Assembly (NCBI GenBank): GCA_019307165.1
Contig: JAFDKD010000043.1
Coordinates: 1 to 28,610, forward strand
DNA length: 28,610 bases
DNA from: Deltaproteobacteria bacterium
GTDB lineage: Bacteria > Desulfobacterota > DSM-4660 > Desulfatiglandales > Desulfatiglandaceae
Direction: 5' to 3'
Position 1 is the first letter of the stretch. Each line of letters starts with the position of its first letter. A program made the translations under genes and the position numbers. This document shows positions 9,052 through 20,371 of this stretch, in pieces. The notes beneath the pieces were generated by a model. It worked only from the letters and a program-made list of their open reading frames with translations. It did no database searches and had not been told where the DNA came from.

Positions 9052-9603
9052 ATGAATTCACTGGCGTATATTCACAGATTCCGTTCAGCTTTACCCGCCA
9101 TACGAGAATGGATTGAAACGACATTGGCAGAACATGAAGCGCAGGCGGTTGCCGTAAACGAATTCGATTTTCCCCGTCTTCAAAAGGCATTTTCCGGTGA
9201 CGTCCTGAAAAGAGCAAAATCGGTGGTTATCAAGGGAAAAGTACCTTTCCCGCCATTAACCCGAATGGGATTAGGTGAGTTGGCGACATTTGAGCGTATG
9301 TCCATAGCGGGCATAACTTACAAGGATACATTTTTCGTCAGCCGCCCTCATCAAACGGAAAGCCTGTATTTTCACGAAATGGTTCATGTCCTCCAATGGG
9401 AAAGACTGGGCATTGATGATTTCCTGCTCACATATGCAACCGGACTGATTAAATTCGGGTATAGGGACTGCCCATTGGAGCAAATCGCTTATTCCCTGGA
9501 AGAAAAGTTCGAGCGGGGTACCCTGCCTGATGGCGTTGTTGACCTTATCTGGCAAAAAATCGATGCCGTTCAGATGAATTGGCTGACACCATCTCCGGTG
9601 TAG
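9052..9603 (+). CDS. Hypothetical protein with HExxH metallopeptidase-like motif
   Basis: AGITYKDTFFV...LYFHEMVHVLQWERLG...YRDCPLEQIAY. Confidence 0.7.
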   Translation: MNSLAYIHRFRSALPAIREWIETTLAEHEAQAVAVNEFDFPRLQKAFSGDVLKRAKSVVIKGKVPFPPLTRMGLGELATFERMSIAGITYKDTFFVSRPHQTESLYFHEMVHVLQWERLGIDDFLLTYATGLIKFGYRDCPLEQIAYSLEEKFERGTLPDGVVDLIWQKIDAVQMNWLTPSPV

Positions 9604-9623
9604 CAATGCAAGCAGCGAAAACC

Positions 9624-10097
9624 ATGTTTAAGGAACTGGAAGAAATCAATGCCCGCCCCGAACCATTTGAGTTTTACACGGCAAGTGACTTGTGGACGGA
9701 CGAGCATACATCAAAGCAGATGCTTGCATTCCACCTGAACGGGGAAGTCGATGTTTCATCACGCAAGGCCGCATTTATCGACCGATCGGTCGAATGGATA
9801 GCGTCCCATTTCAGCGTCGGATCAAAAACGAAGATTGCCGACTTCGGCTGCGGTCCGGGGCTTTATGCGACCACGCTGGCGCAAAGGCAGGCGGATGTAA
9901 CCGGCATAGACTTCTCCAAGAGGTCGATTCAGTACGCGCGGGAAGCCGCTATCAGGAAAAATCTGTCGATCAACTATGTCCATCAGAACTACCTGGAATT
10001 CGGGTTTTCAATTGAAAGCTCTTTTTCAGATGTAGCAGGCTCTTCATTCAACCCGGAAACCGAGGAATTTGCAGTTGTTGCAAAGAGACTGATATGA
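9624..10097 (+). pseudogene. Class I SAM methyltransferase with apparent large in-frame internal deletion
   Basis: Motif I (IADFGCGPGLY), GIDFSKRSI and YVHQNYLEF are followed directly by a C-terminal-like GFSIESSFSDVAGSSFNPETEEFAVVAKR; the central beta4-beta6 region is absent. Confidence 0.7.
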
Positions 10098-10666
10098 AAA
10101 AAAGGTGCGAATGGTGCGGCACTGATCCCCTTTACATGGCATACCACGATGACGAATGGGGTGTCCCTGTCCGTGACGACCGCCGCTTGTTCGAAAAGCT
10201 GATCCTGGAGGGGGCGCAGGCGGGCCTGAGCTGGTTGACGATCCTGAGAAAACGGGAAAACTACCGACGGGCGTTTCACGGCTTCGACCCGGAGCGAATC
10301 GCGGCCTATTCGCAAGATGATATTCATCGCCTGCTGGCCGATCCGGGCATCGTACGGAACCGTCTGAAAATAGGATCCGCCGTAAAGAACGCGAGAGCTA
10401 CACTCAAGATCATTGAGGAGTTCGGGTCGTTTAGTTCGTTTCTATGGCGTTACGTCGATCGCAAACCGAAGCAAAATGCCTGGCCGTCATTAAATGAAGT
10501 ACCGGCACGGACCGAGCAGTCGGACAAAATGAGCAAGGATCTCAAGAAGCGGGGATTCACTTTCGTCGGTCCCACCATCTGTTACGCGTTCATGCAATCC
10601 ATGGGAATGGTGAACGACCACACGGTGAATTGCTTTCGCTACGCCCAAGTAAAGGAACTGGCCTAG
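10094..10666 (+). CDS. tag: DNA-3-methyladenine glycosylase I
   Basis: RCEWC...YHDDEWGVP, LFEKLILEGAQAGLSWLTILRKRENYR, IVRNRLKI, SKDLKKRGFTFVGPTICYAFMQSMGMVNDHTVNCF; ATGA overlap with the upstream gene. Confidence 0.97.
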   Translation: MKKRCEWCGTDPLYMAYHDDEWGVPVRDDRRLFEKLILEGAQAGLSWLTILRKRENYRRAFHGFDPERIAAYSQDDIHRLLADPGIVRNRLKIGSAVKNARATLKIIEEFGSFSSFLWRYVDRKPKQNAWPSLNEVPARTEQSDKMSKDLKKRGFTFVGPTICYAFMQSMGMVNDHTVNCFRYAQVKELA

Positions 10667-10711
10667 CGCGCACAGGTATTAGCGGATAGGAGGATTTTAA
10701 CGCGGTTATAA

Positions 10712-10734
10712 CTCCCCCCTTTACAAATGGGGGA
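10712..10734. repeat. CCCCCCTTTACAAATGGGGG hairpin (REP-like module) between convergent genes
   Basis: The core CCCCTTTACAAA also occurs at 18036-18047 and 25863-25874. Confidence 0.7.
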
Positions 10735-10777
10735 TCGTGCAAAAAACCCGGCGGATACGTTGGCGCCTTGATGGTGA

Positions 10778-12256
10778 TCAGGCAACCCCCATCCGCCCGA
10801 CGTATTTACCGTAACGGGTCAAGGCGTCCAGAACGGCAACGGCGCGGTGGGGCATGCTGTAACAGACGGAGTTGCTCTGTCCCAACGCATGGACGATCCG
10901 AGATTCAAGGATCGCGTCCGCGAACATGTGTTCGGTGGCGACAATAACCGGTTTTTCATATTGTTCCGCCATGCCGTTAAACCGTTCCATGACGTCCACC
11001 ACCCCCTGAGTCAATTCGGCTCCCCAGCGTGTCCTGCCGTCTTTGTCCGAAGCGGTGGGATGCCTTTTGCCGGCCAGGGCGGTCATGATCCCCATCACCA
11101 TGGCGGCGTCCACGGATTCGGAGCGCAAGAGCGCGTCGACACATTTGAAAATCGGTTCGCCCATGCTCCCGGCCACCAGATCGACCGGGTTACCCCGGTT
11201 CCACCATGCGGGCAGAAAACCGTCAAGCTCCTTGAGGACCTCATCGGGTAACGGGATCACATCGAAACCCCGTTCGTTGCTCGCATCGGCCGCCAGAACG
11301 CCCCAGCCCCCGCCTGACGTAACCACGCCCACCCGACGGCCCTTCGGCAGGGGCTGCCTTAGAAAGGCAAGCCCGATGTCCAGCAGATCATCGAGGCCTT
11401 CGGCCCTGATAACGCCCGCCTGTCGGCAAGCGGCTTCGAAAACCGAGTCGGCGCCTGCAATGGAAGCGGTATGGGACATGGCGGCCCTGGCGCCGGCCCG
11501 CGTCTTTCCCACCTTAAGCATAACGATGGGTTTTTTTCGACTGACTTCCCCGGCCACCTCAAGGAACCGCCTGCCGTCTTTGAACCCTTCGATGTAGCTC
11601 AGGATGACCTTGGTGTCAGGATCCTGCGCCAGGTATCGGAGATAATCCTCCGTGTGAAGTACGGCCTCGTTGCCGGTGCTCACGCACTTGCTGCATCCGA
11701 AGCCCCGCAGCATGATCTGGCGTGCCAGGGAATCCACTACATTGCCGCTCTGGGAGACGACGGCAATGGGGCCGGGCGGCGCCAGAAACGGGGGAAACTG
11801 AATATGGACCTTGGCCCGGGGGTTCATGGCGCCGTTGCAGTTGGGCCCCACCAATACCATTCCCCCCTCCCGCGCGGCGTCGGCCAGTTCCTGCTGAAGA
11901 CCGCCGGACCTCTCCCCCAGTTCCGCAAACCCTGCGGTAATGACAATCCCCGCCCGGATGCCTTTTTCGCCGCACGCCCTTACCGCCGGGACCACACTCG
12001 GGGGCGGCACCACGATGACGGCCAGATCCGGCACTTCGGGAAGCGCTTCAACGCTTCTGTAGACTTTCCGCCCCAGTATCTCGTTCGCTTTCGGGTTTAT
12101 GGGGTAAATCGGTCCGCCGAATCCCGCTGCGATCAAATTGCTCAGGGTAATATACCCCCATTTTCCGGGATTCCCGGAAGCCCCCACATAAGCCACCGAA
12201 CGGGGATTGAAGATATGGTCGATTTTCTTTATTGTTTCATCGGTGCGATGATCCAA
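10778..12256 (-). CDS. NDP-forming acyl-CoA synthetase, alpha (CoA-binding) subunit
   Basis: FNPRSVAYVGAS, IYPINP, VLVGPNCNG, SQSG, STGNEA, KVGKT..GARAAMSHTAS (phospho-His), GGGWGVLAAD, NPVDL; TTG start with AGGAGG RBS; no ATP-grasp domain. Confidence 0.9.
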   Translation of the reverse strand: MDHRTDETIKKIDHIFNPRSVAYVGASGNPGKWGYITLSNLIAAGFGGPIYPINPKANEILGRKVYRSVEALPEVPDLAVIVVPPPSVVPAVRACGEKGIRAGIVITAGFAELGERSGGLQQELADAAREGGMVLVGPNCNGAMNPRAKVHIQFPPFLAPPGPIAVVSQSGNVVDSLARQIMLRGFGCSKCVSTGNEAVLHTEDYLRYLAQDPDTKVILSYIEGFKDGRRFLEVAGEVSRKKPIVMLKVGKTRAGARAAMSHTASIAGADSVFEAACRQAGVIRAEGLDDLLDIGLAFLRQPLPKGRRVGVVTSGGGWGVLAADASNERGFDVIPLPDEVLKELDGFLPAWWNRGNPVDLVAGSMGEPIFKCVDALLRSESVDAAMVMGIMTALAGKRHPTASDKDGRTRWGAELTQGVVDVMERFNGMAEQYEKPVIVATEHMFADAILESRIVHALGQSNSVCYSMPHRAVAVLDALTRYGKYVGRMGVA

Positions 12257-12399
12257 TTATTCCTCCTGCTCAGATGCGCACATATTCATCGAATGACACA
12301 ATGCATGCCCGGAGGCGGACGCAAAGCATCTTCCCTCTGCGAATCGAAATATAGGGGCAACCGTTTGGCACGTCAAAGTTTTTTCGAAAAAAAAGCCCT

Positions 12400-12427
12400 T
12401 TGACTTGAGCCCACGATCCTTTAGACT
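12400..12427 (+). promoter_or_regulatory. Putative sigma70 promoter for ada/ogt
   Basis: TTGACT (12400-12405), 16-nt spacer, TAGACT (12422-12427). Confidence 0.45.
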
Positions 12428-12499
12428 GACGCATACTTCGAATTGGAAAACGCGCCCACCCCCCCGAGGCCTGCCACGGGCGATCCGGAGGAAGACACC

Positions 12500-13177
12500 A
12501 TGCCATCATCCATTCCCATAAGCGGCTGCCGGACCACAAAGATCTACTGCCGGCCGGGGTGCCCGCCCGGGAGGCGGACCAAACCTGAAAACCGGGTTTA
12601 TTTCAGCTCGGAGGCGGAGGCAAAGGCAATGGGCTACCGGGCCTGCAAGGTCTGTCGGCCGGATGTCCCCCGCTCCGAGACCTTTCTCCTGTCCGAGTAT
12701 CAAAGCCCTGTCGGTCCCTACCTCCTCGCCGGCTCTCGGTGGGGCGTCGTGGGCATCAAGAGCGGCAGCCGGTCTCAACGCTATATCGAACGTTGGAAAA
12801 AAGAGGCCATTTCATTGAAATTTGACCCGGATGCCAACGGAGAATTGAAGCAACAACTGGATGCCTACTTTACCGGGGAACTGCACCGGTTCACCCTCCC
12901 CCTGGACCTGCGGGGCACGCCGTTTCAACGCATGGTATGGGACGTTCTCAACACAATTCCGTGGGGGAAAGCCATGAGCTACGGCCAGGTGGCAAACGAC
13001 TTGGGACGCCCGAAAGCGGCCAGGGCCGTGGGGCGCGCCGTGGGGACAAACCCCGTGGCCATCGTGGTCCCGTGCCATCGCGTGCTGGGATCGGACCACT
13101 CGTTGACCGGATACGGCGGCGGCCTGGACATAAAGACGGCCCTGTTGCGGCTGGAAAAGATTGCTTACAAAAAATAA
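12500..13177 (+). CDS. ogt: Methylated-DNA-protein-cysteine methyltransferase with N-terminal Ada Zn-binding domain
   Basis: GCRTTKIYCRPGC...GYRACKVCRP (Ada Zn site); GTPFQRMVW, SYGQVA, ARAVG, NPVAIVVPCHRV, LTGYGGGL; RBS GGAGG before ATG 12500. Confidence 0.93.
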   Translation: MPSSIPISGCRTTKIYCRPGCPPGRRTKPENRVYFSSEAEAKAMGYRACKVCRPDVPRSETFLLSEYQSPVGPYLLAGSRWGVVGIKSGSRSQRYIERWKKEAISLKFDPDANGELKQQLDAYFTGELHRFTLPLDLRGTPFQRMVWDVLNTIPWGKAMSYGQVANDLGRPKAARAVGRAVGTNPVAIVVPCHRVLGSDHSLTGYGGGLDIKTALLRLEKIAYKK

Positions 13178-13282
13178 AGAAGCCTGCCGAACTCCAGTTC
13201 ACTTCATGGCATAAACCCAAAGCAGACCAATTCGAATTGCGCTTTAGCGAACGTGTCACCAACGACTCAGGGGAGGATCAAA

Positions 13283-13804
13283 ATGGTGCAGCAGATGGGA
13301 TTTTGGAATCGTCGTTCTTGTTTCGGGGCTTTGGTACTTGGTGTTGTCGCCTTTCTGCTGCTTGGGATACCCGCGTCCGGGTTGCCGGCACAGTCAAAGA
13401 CCGCCCCTGACTGGACGTGGCAAAACCCCCTTCCCACGGGGAACAGCCTGTTGCAGGTCTGGGGCGGTTCCGGGAGCGACGTGTTCGCCGTGGGGCATAG
13501 CGGAACCATCCTGCCCTACAACGGCACGTCCTGGTCCGCCATGAGCAGCATATCCGGAAACGATGCGGAGGCGATGGCCGGGTGGTCCGGGGGGCTGGCT
13601 GTGGATTTTGGCGCACTGGGGCTCTGGAACTGGAACGGCGCCGTCTTGACCCAACTCACTCCCGGCACCCCCGACACCATGGCCGGGTGGTCCGGAGGCC
13701 TTGCCGCGGACTTCGACGCACTGGGCCTTTGGAACACCAACGGTTCGAACTGGACGCAGCTCACGGGCGGGAATGCCGACGGGCTGGCAGGCGTTAACTT
13801 TTAG
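13283..13804 (+). CDS. Small secreted repeat protein, possibly an internally collapsed surface protein
   Basis: RBS GGAGG; signal peptide; one VWGGSGSDVFAVGHSGTILPYNGTSW unit, then 35-aa repeats MAGWSGGLA(V/A)DF(G/D)ALGLWN (DNA period 105 nt, 13574 and 13679). Confidence 0.7.
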   Translation: MVQQMGFWNRRSCFGALVLGVVAFLLLGIPASGLPAQSKTAPDWTWQNPLPTGNSLLQVWGGSGSDVFAVGHSGTILPYNGTSWSAMSSISGNDAEAMAGWSGGLAVDFGALGLWNWNGAVLTQLTPGTPDTMAGWSGGLAADFDALGLWNTNGSNWTQLTGGNADGLAGVNF

Positions 13805-13907
13805 CCAAGTGTCTAAATGATGATTCTTCATATTCAAGGTGGTATAAGGTCGAATAATCAATGCCCCGTGTAATGAACTGACGGGATCTTAAAAAGAGCC
13901 TTAAAGA

Positions 13908-15980
<2,073 letters not shown>

Positions 15981-16221
15981 CGGCTTTAGCCCTTCCAATT
16001 AAAGCCAACGATCGACACCACCAAATCAAATTGAGTATCACTCGTTAGAATTTGCCGCTATCGTCTTGTTTTTTTATGGTGAAAAAGTGAATCCAGCCTG
16101 ATAAACTGGATAATAAATGACAGCGACATTATGTCGATTTCCCCGAATAAAAAACAGGCATGGGGCCTTTATATTTTCAAGGACCAAATCATTTTCTTGA
16201 CGCAAAAATGGAGCCAAAAAC

Positions 16222-17919
16222 ATGAGCAAAACCGAATTCACACCGCCCCCCAACTTCATCCGAAACATCATCGATGACGACATAAAGACCAACAAGTGGG
16301 AAGGTCGCCTTATGACGCGCTTTCCACCCGAGCCCAACGGCTACCTGCATATCGGACATGCCAAGTCCATCTGCCTCAATTTCGGTCTGGCCAGGGATTA
16401 CGGCGGTCTCTGCAATCTCCGTTTCGACGACACCAACCCGACCAAGGAAGAGGTCGAATATGTCAATTCCATCAAGGAGGATGTGCGGTGGCTGGGATTT
16501 GACTGGGAAGACAGAGAGTTTTACGCATCCGATTACTTCGAACAGCTCTATGAATTCGCCCTTAAATTGGTGAGGGACGGCAAGGCGTTTGTCTGCGATC
16601 AGACCGCTGAAGAAATCCGTGAGTTCAGGGGGACCCTTACCCGGCCCGGCAAAGACAGCCCCTTTCGAAACCGCACGGTGGAAGAAAACCTGGACCTTTT
16701 CCAGCGCATGAAGGCCGGCGAGTTTCCCGACGGCGCCCGTGTGCTCCGAGCCAAGGTCGACATGACTTCCCCCAACCTCAATATGCGCGATCCCGTGATG
16801 TATCGGATCCTTCATGCGAGCCATCACCGTACCGGAGATGCGTGGTGCATCTATCCCACATATGACTTCACCCATGGTCAGTCCGACTCCATCGAAGGGG
16901 TCACCCATTCTATCTGCACCCTTGAATTCGAGGATCACCGCCCCCTGTACGACTGGTACCTGGAAAACCTGGAGGTGTACCATCCCCGGCAGATTGAGTT
17001 TGCCAGGCTTAATCTGGCTTATACCGTCATGAGCAAGCGCATGCTCCTGCAACTGGTGCAGGAAAACTTCGTCTCCGGTTGGGACGACCCCAGGATGCCC
17101 ACCATGGTCGGGTTGCGCAGGCGGGGATATACGCCGAAAGCGTTGCGGAACTTCTGCGACCGCATCGGCGTGGCAAAAAAAGACAGCATGGTGGATCTGG
17201 CGCTGCTGGAATTCTGTGTCCGTGAAGATCTCAACAAAAAAGCGCCCCGGGTGATGGGGGTGCTCCGCCCCCTCCGCGTGGTCATCGAGAACTATCCCGA
17301 GGACCAGGATGAAGAGTTGGATGCGGTCAACAACCCCGAAGACCCTGATGCCGGCACCCGCAAGGTCCCCTTTTCCCGTGTGATCTATATTGAAAAAGAA
17401 GACTTCATGGAAGATCCGCCCAAGAAATTTTTCCGACTGGCGCCGGGACGTGAAGTCCGGTTGAGATACGCCTATTTCATCACTTGCGTGGGTGTGGTTA
17501 AGGATGAAAACACGGGCGAAATAGTTGAGTTGCGCTGCACCTACGACCCGGCCACGCGCGGCGGCGACGCCCCTGACGGCCGAAAAGTCAAGGCCACGCT
17601 TCACTGGGTTTCGGCGGATCGGTCCATCCCCGCGGAAGTCCGCCTCTATGATCGCATGTTCACGGTGCCCGACCCCGCAGGAGACAAGGAAGGGCGCAGT
17701 TTCAAGGAATTTCTCAATTCCGAGTCGCTGGTCACGCTCACCGATTGCCGTGTGGAACCCGGTTTAAAAGGGGCGGAACCGGGGGCCAAAGTCCAGTTTG
17801 AACGGGTGGGCTATTTCTGCGTCGATGCCCTGGACAGTTCGCCGGAAGCCCTGGTGTTCAACAGGACCGTGGCCCTCAGGGATCAGTGGGCCAAGGTCCG
17901 GAAAGGGCAAAAAGGCTGA
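16222..17919 (+). CDS. glnS: Glutamine--tRNA ligase
   Basis: [54 protein letters not shown]. Confidence 0.98.
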   Translation: MSKTEFTPPPNFIRNIIDDDIKTNKWEGRLMTRFPPEPNGYLHIGHAKSICLNFGLARDYGGLCNLRFDDTNPTKEEVEYVNSIKEDVRWLGFDWEDREFYASDYFEQLYEFALKLVRDGKAFVCDQTAEEIREFRGTLTRPGKDSPFRNRTVEENLDLFQRMKAGEFPDGARVLRAKVDMTSPNLNMRDPVMYRILHASHHRTGDAWCIYPTYDFTHGQSDSIEGVTHSICTLEFEDHRPLYDWYLENLEVYHPRQIEFARLNLAYTVMSKRMLLQLVQENFVSGWDDPRMPTMVGLRRRGYTPKALRNFCDRIGVAKKDSMVDLALLEFCVREDLNKKAPRVMGVLRPLRVVIENYPEDQDEELDAVNNPEDPDAGTRKVPFSRVIYIEKEDFMEDPPKKFFRLAPGREVRLRYAYFITCVGVVKDENTGEIVELRCTYDPATRGGDAPDGRKVKATLHWVSADRSIPAEVRLYDRMFTVPDPAGDKEGRSFKEFLNSESLVTLTDCRVEPGLKGAEPGAKVQFERVGYFCVDALDSSPEALVFNRTVALRDQWAKVRKGQKG

Positions 17920-18002
17920 TTGTCCATATTAATCCGGCGATTAAACAAATGATACTTTCTACTTGGAAATACAATATGCGAAGGGTTTTTTAGATACTTA
18001 TG

Positions 18003-18112
18003 AGCGCCGCCTCTGGCCTGGGGGTCGGCCCCGCCCCCCTTTACAAAGGGGGGAGAGTGCAAAGCAACCCGCAACCCTGAACCTTGAACCTCTGAACCAT
18101 ACGAAGTTTCAT
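18003..18112 (+). repeat. Modular intergenic repeat element, internally deleted copy E2
   Basis: AGCGCCGCCTCTGGCCTGGGGGTCGGCCCCGCC joined directly to the CCCCTTTACAAAGGGGG hairpin, then a (C/T)CTGAAC array and TACGAAGTTTCAT. Confidence 0.85.
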
Positions 18113-18138
18113 ATGAGTATTTAGTTGCCGGATTAATA

Positions 18139-18569
18139 ATGGATGAAGGAAAAAGGGCGTTCATGAGAAAGGGGCTTGTCGGGACCCTTTACGCCGTCGC
18201 GGCAGCGGTGTTCGCCGTCCCGATTTTCTCTTTTATCACCTTCAGAAAGATCGACAGGAGGACCGTTCGCTTCAGTGTCGACGAGCAACGCGCGTCGGTG
18301 AATTTAAAGGACAACGTGTTCCTGGTAAAGAAAAAGGCCGGTGATGCGGAAAGAAAAAGGCCGGTGATGCGGCCTTTTCCGCGCGTTGCCCCCATCTGGG
18401 CTGCACGCTGCGCTTTGATGACGTGTCGCGGGAGTTTCGGTGCCCCTGCCACGGGAGCGTTTTTGACCGGTCGGGGAAGTGGTTGTCCGGTCCGGCAAAA
18501 AAAGACCTCCAGCAGATCCCCCTGGACCGGAAAGAGGAGGGGGACGTGATTGTTACGGTCACCCTTTAG
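18139..18569 (+). pseudogene. Rieske [2Fe-2S] subunit frameshifted by an exact 23-bp tandem duplication
   Basis: AAAGAAAAAGGCCGGTGATGCGG at 18327-18349 and 18350-18372. Removing one copy gives a 135-aa ORF with KRAFMR (TAT-like), a TM helix, ARCPHLGC and FRCPCHGSVFD ending at TAG 18567-18569. Confidence 0.92.
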
Positions 18570-18591
18570 CGATCAGCACTAACCCTTCGGG

Positions 18592-18715
18592 AAAGCCGAG
18601 GACACCCTATCTCCTGCGTTGCTAAGGGTTTGCAGTAATGACTACAGTTTCACCCTTGGCGCCTTAGAACTCCCCGCCAAGGGCGGCGGGATCTTCGAGG
18701 GGCATCCTCGGCTTT
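18592..18715. mobile_element. MITE-like 124-bp element with 16-bp imperfect terminal inverted repeats
   Basis: AAAGCCGAGGACACCC (18592-18607) vs GGGCATCCTCGGCTTT (18700-18715), 14/16 complementary; includes a GGCGGCGGGATCT module shared with E1/E4. Confidence 0.55.
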
Positions 18716-18735
18716 TGCAACATTAGGGTCAAACC

Positions 18736-19641
18736 ATGCATTTGCCACACGCGGCGACCTTTACGGACCCGGGCCCCCGGGGCCTATCCGGCGGGATATC
18801 TCACGCGATCCCCCGCCTCGGCCTCTCCTGCCTTGTTCTCTGCCTTCTGTCCGGTATTGTCCTCTCATTCTACTTTCGCCCCATGGGGGACGTCTTCCAA
18901 AACGTGGAAGAGATCACCACGCTGGCGCCCTATGGTTGGTTTTTCCGACAGTTTCATTATGTTTCGGGCCAGATGTTCGTCATCCTTATGTTCATTCACA
19001 CCATGGATCATCTGCTGAAACGCCGGTACCGCATGTTTACTCCAGGCGGGTGGGCCTTGCTGGTGCTGTCCCTCGGCCTCTGTTTTTTCACCCTGTTCAC
19101 CGGGTTTATACTGAAGGGAGACAAGGAAGGTTTTTTTGCCGGGCAGATTTTCAACAGCCTGCTTCTGGCCGTCCCCGGCGTGGGCCCGAAGTTGTCGAAC
19201 CTCTTCATTGTCCCCGGTGAGAGTTTCTTTTTTCTCCCCTATCTCTATCACTGTTTTTTTCTTCCGTTACTCGTCGTTTACCTGTTGCGATCCCACATTC
19301 GTGCGTGGCTGCCAAATCGGACCTATCTGTTGGTTTCCTTTCTGGGTCTTTTCATCTATGCCTGCATTGTAAAGCTCCATCCGGACATTCCCCCGGATGC
19401 GGAAGTCGCCGTTGTAAAAGGGCCCTGGTTTTTTCTGGGCATACAAACGCTTCTCAAAACCGTGGACGCCCGCCTGGCCGGACTGGTTATACCACTAGCC
19501 TTTCTGGCAATTCTGCTTGCGCTGCCGCTGGTCAAAACGTCGGCGGGCGGCGCGGCCCCGATAAGCGCGTTTCTGTACTTTCTGGTGCTTTCAGCACTTG
19601 TCCTATATGCTGCGTTGACCCTATGGGCCGCGTTTGGGTAG
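18736..19641 (+). CDS. Cytochrome b/b6-like membrane subunit of a Rieske/cytb complex
   Basis: Heme-ligand His pairs in RQFHYVSGQMFVILMFIH and LYHCFFLPLLVVYLLRSH; FTGFILKGD; PEWY-like KGPWFFLG. Confidence 0.9.
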   Translation: MHLPHAATFTDPGPRGLSGGISHAIPRLGLSCLVLCLLSGIVLSFYFRPMGDVFQNVEEITTLAPYGWFFRQFHYVSGQMFVILMFIHTMDHLLKRRYRMFTPGGWALLVLSLGLCFFTLFTGFILKGDKEGFFAGQIFNSLLLAVPGVGPKLSNLFIVPGESFFFLPYLYHCFFLPLLVVYLLRSHIRAWLPNRTYLLVSFLGLFIYACIVKLHPDIPPDAEVAVVKGPWFFLGIQTLLKTVDARLAGLVIPLAFLAILLALPLVKTSAGGAAPISAFLYFLVLSALVLYAALTLWAAFG

Positions 19642-19667
19642 GCGTTCCTTGATAGTCATTTTTTGAA

Positions 19668-20234
19668 GTGCTGGTGCTTGTTTCCGTAACGTTAAATTTT
19701 CCTCTCGCCAAGATCGCCAAGGACGCCAAGGACGCCAATATCGTGGAAGGGGACATCACCAAATTGGAGGTGGATGCCATAGTCAACGCCGCAAACACCT
19801 CGCTTCTGGGCGGCGGGGGCGTGGACGGGGCCATTCACCGGGCCGCGGGGCCCGAACTCCTGGAGGAGACCCGCCGGATCGGCGGCTGCCCCACGGGTGA
19901 GGCCAGGGTGAGCAAGGGCTACCGACTGCCGGCCAGGTGGGTGATCCATACGGTGGGCCCGGTATGGAAAGGGGGTCACGGGAACGAAGACGGCCTCCTG
20001 GCCGGTTGCTACCGAAACAGCCTTTTGGAAGCGGTAAGAATCGGAGCGAAATCCGCCGCTTTTCCGTCCATCAGCACCGGGGCCTACGGGTTTCCGCTGG
20101 AGAGGGCCTCGGAGATCGCATTAACGGAAACCCGTAAGTTCCTGGAAACCGACGACACCCTGAAGCAAGTAATATTCGTCTGTTTCGGGCAAACGGCGAG
20201 TGGTTCGTTGTATCCTCGACCTCAATACGAATGA
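19668..20234 (+). CDS. Macrodomain (YmdB-like O-acetyl-ADP-ribose deacetylase / ADP-ribosylhydrolase); start uncertain (GTG 19668 or GTG 19743)
   Basis: GDIT, DAIVNAAN.SLLGGGGVDGAIHRAAG, VIHTVGPVW, AFPSISTGAYGFP. Confidence 0.88.
   Translation: MLVLVSVTLNFPLAKIAKDAKDANIVEGDITKLEVDAIVNAANTSLLGGGGVDGAIHRAAGPELLEETRRIGGCPTGEARVSKGYRLPARWVIHTVGPVWKGGHGNEDGLLAGCYRNSLLEAVRIGAKSAAFPSISTGAYGFPLERASEIALTETRKFLETDDTLKQVIFVCFGQTASGSLYPRPQYE
19706..19741 (+). repeat. 9-bp tandem repeat CGCCAAG(A/G)(T/A) x4 abutting the macrodomain core
   Basis: cgccaagat cgccaagga cgccaagga cgccaatat. Confidence 0.85.
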
Positions 20235-20302
20235 AATATCCATCCCGAGAGATCGAAGATTTGAACCAAAACAGTTGGATTCCAGGACATTCTACATTCC
20301 TT

Positions 20303-20327
20303 GTTCGTTATTCGATATTCGATATTC
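20303..20327. repeat. ATTCGAT heptamer array between convergent genes
   Basis: gttcgtt attcgat attcgat attc. Confidence 0.7.
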
Positions 20328-20371
20328 TTTCTTAACTTTGGATTTTCCGTTTCAGCGCCGCACTCGGCCTA

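Noticed and set aside
12348-12360. AAT-N6-GCAA match to the E. coli Ada box upstream of ada/ogt
   Set aside because: Only 7 specified bases, about 40 bp upstream of the -35, and this protein lacks the HTH that reads the GCAA half.
16189-17604. 471-aa minus-strand ORF (similarly 24741..25649 +, 11471..12403 + and other long overlapping ORFs)
   Set aside because: Antisense shadows of glnS, selB and the acyl-CoA synthetase in high-GC DNA; no recognisable motifs.
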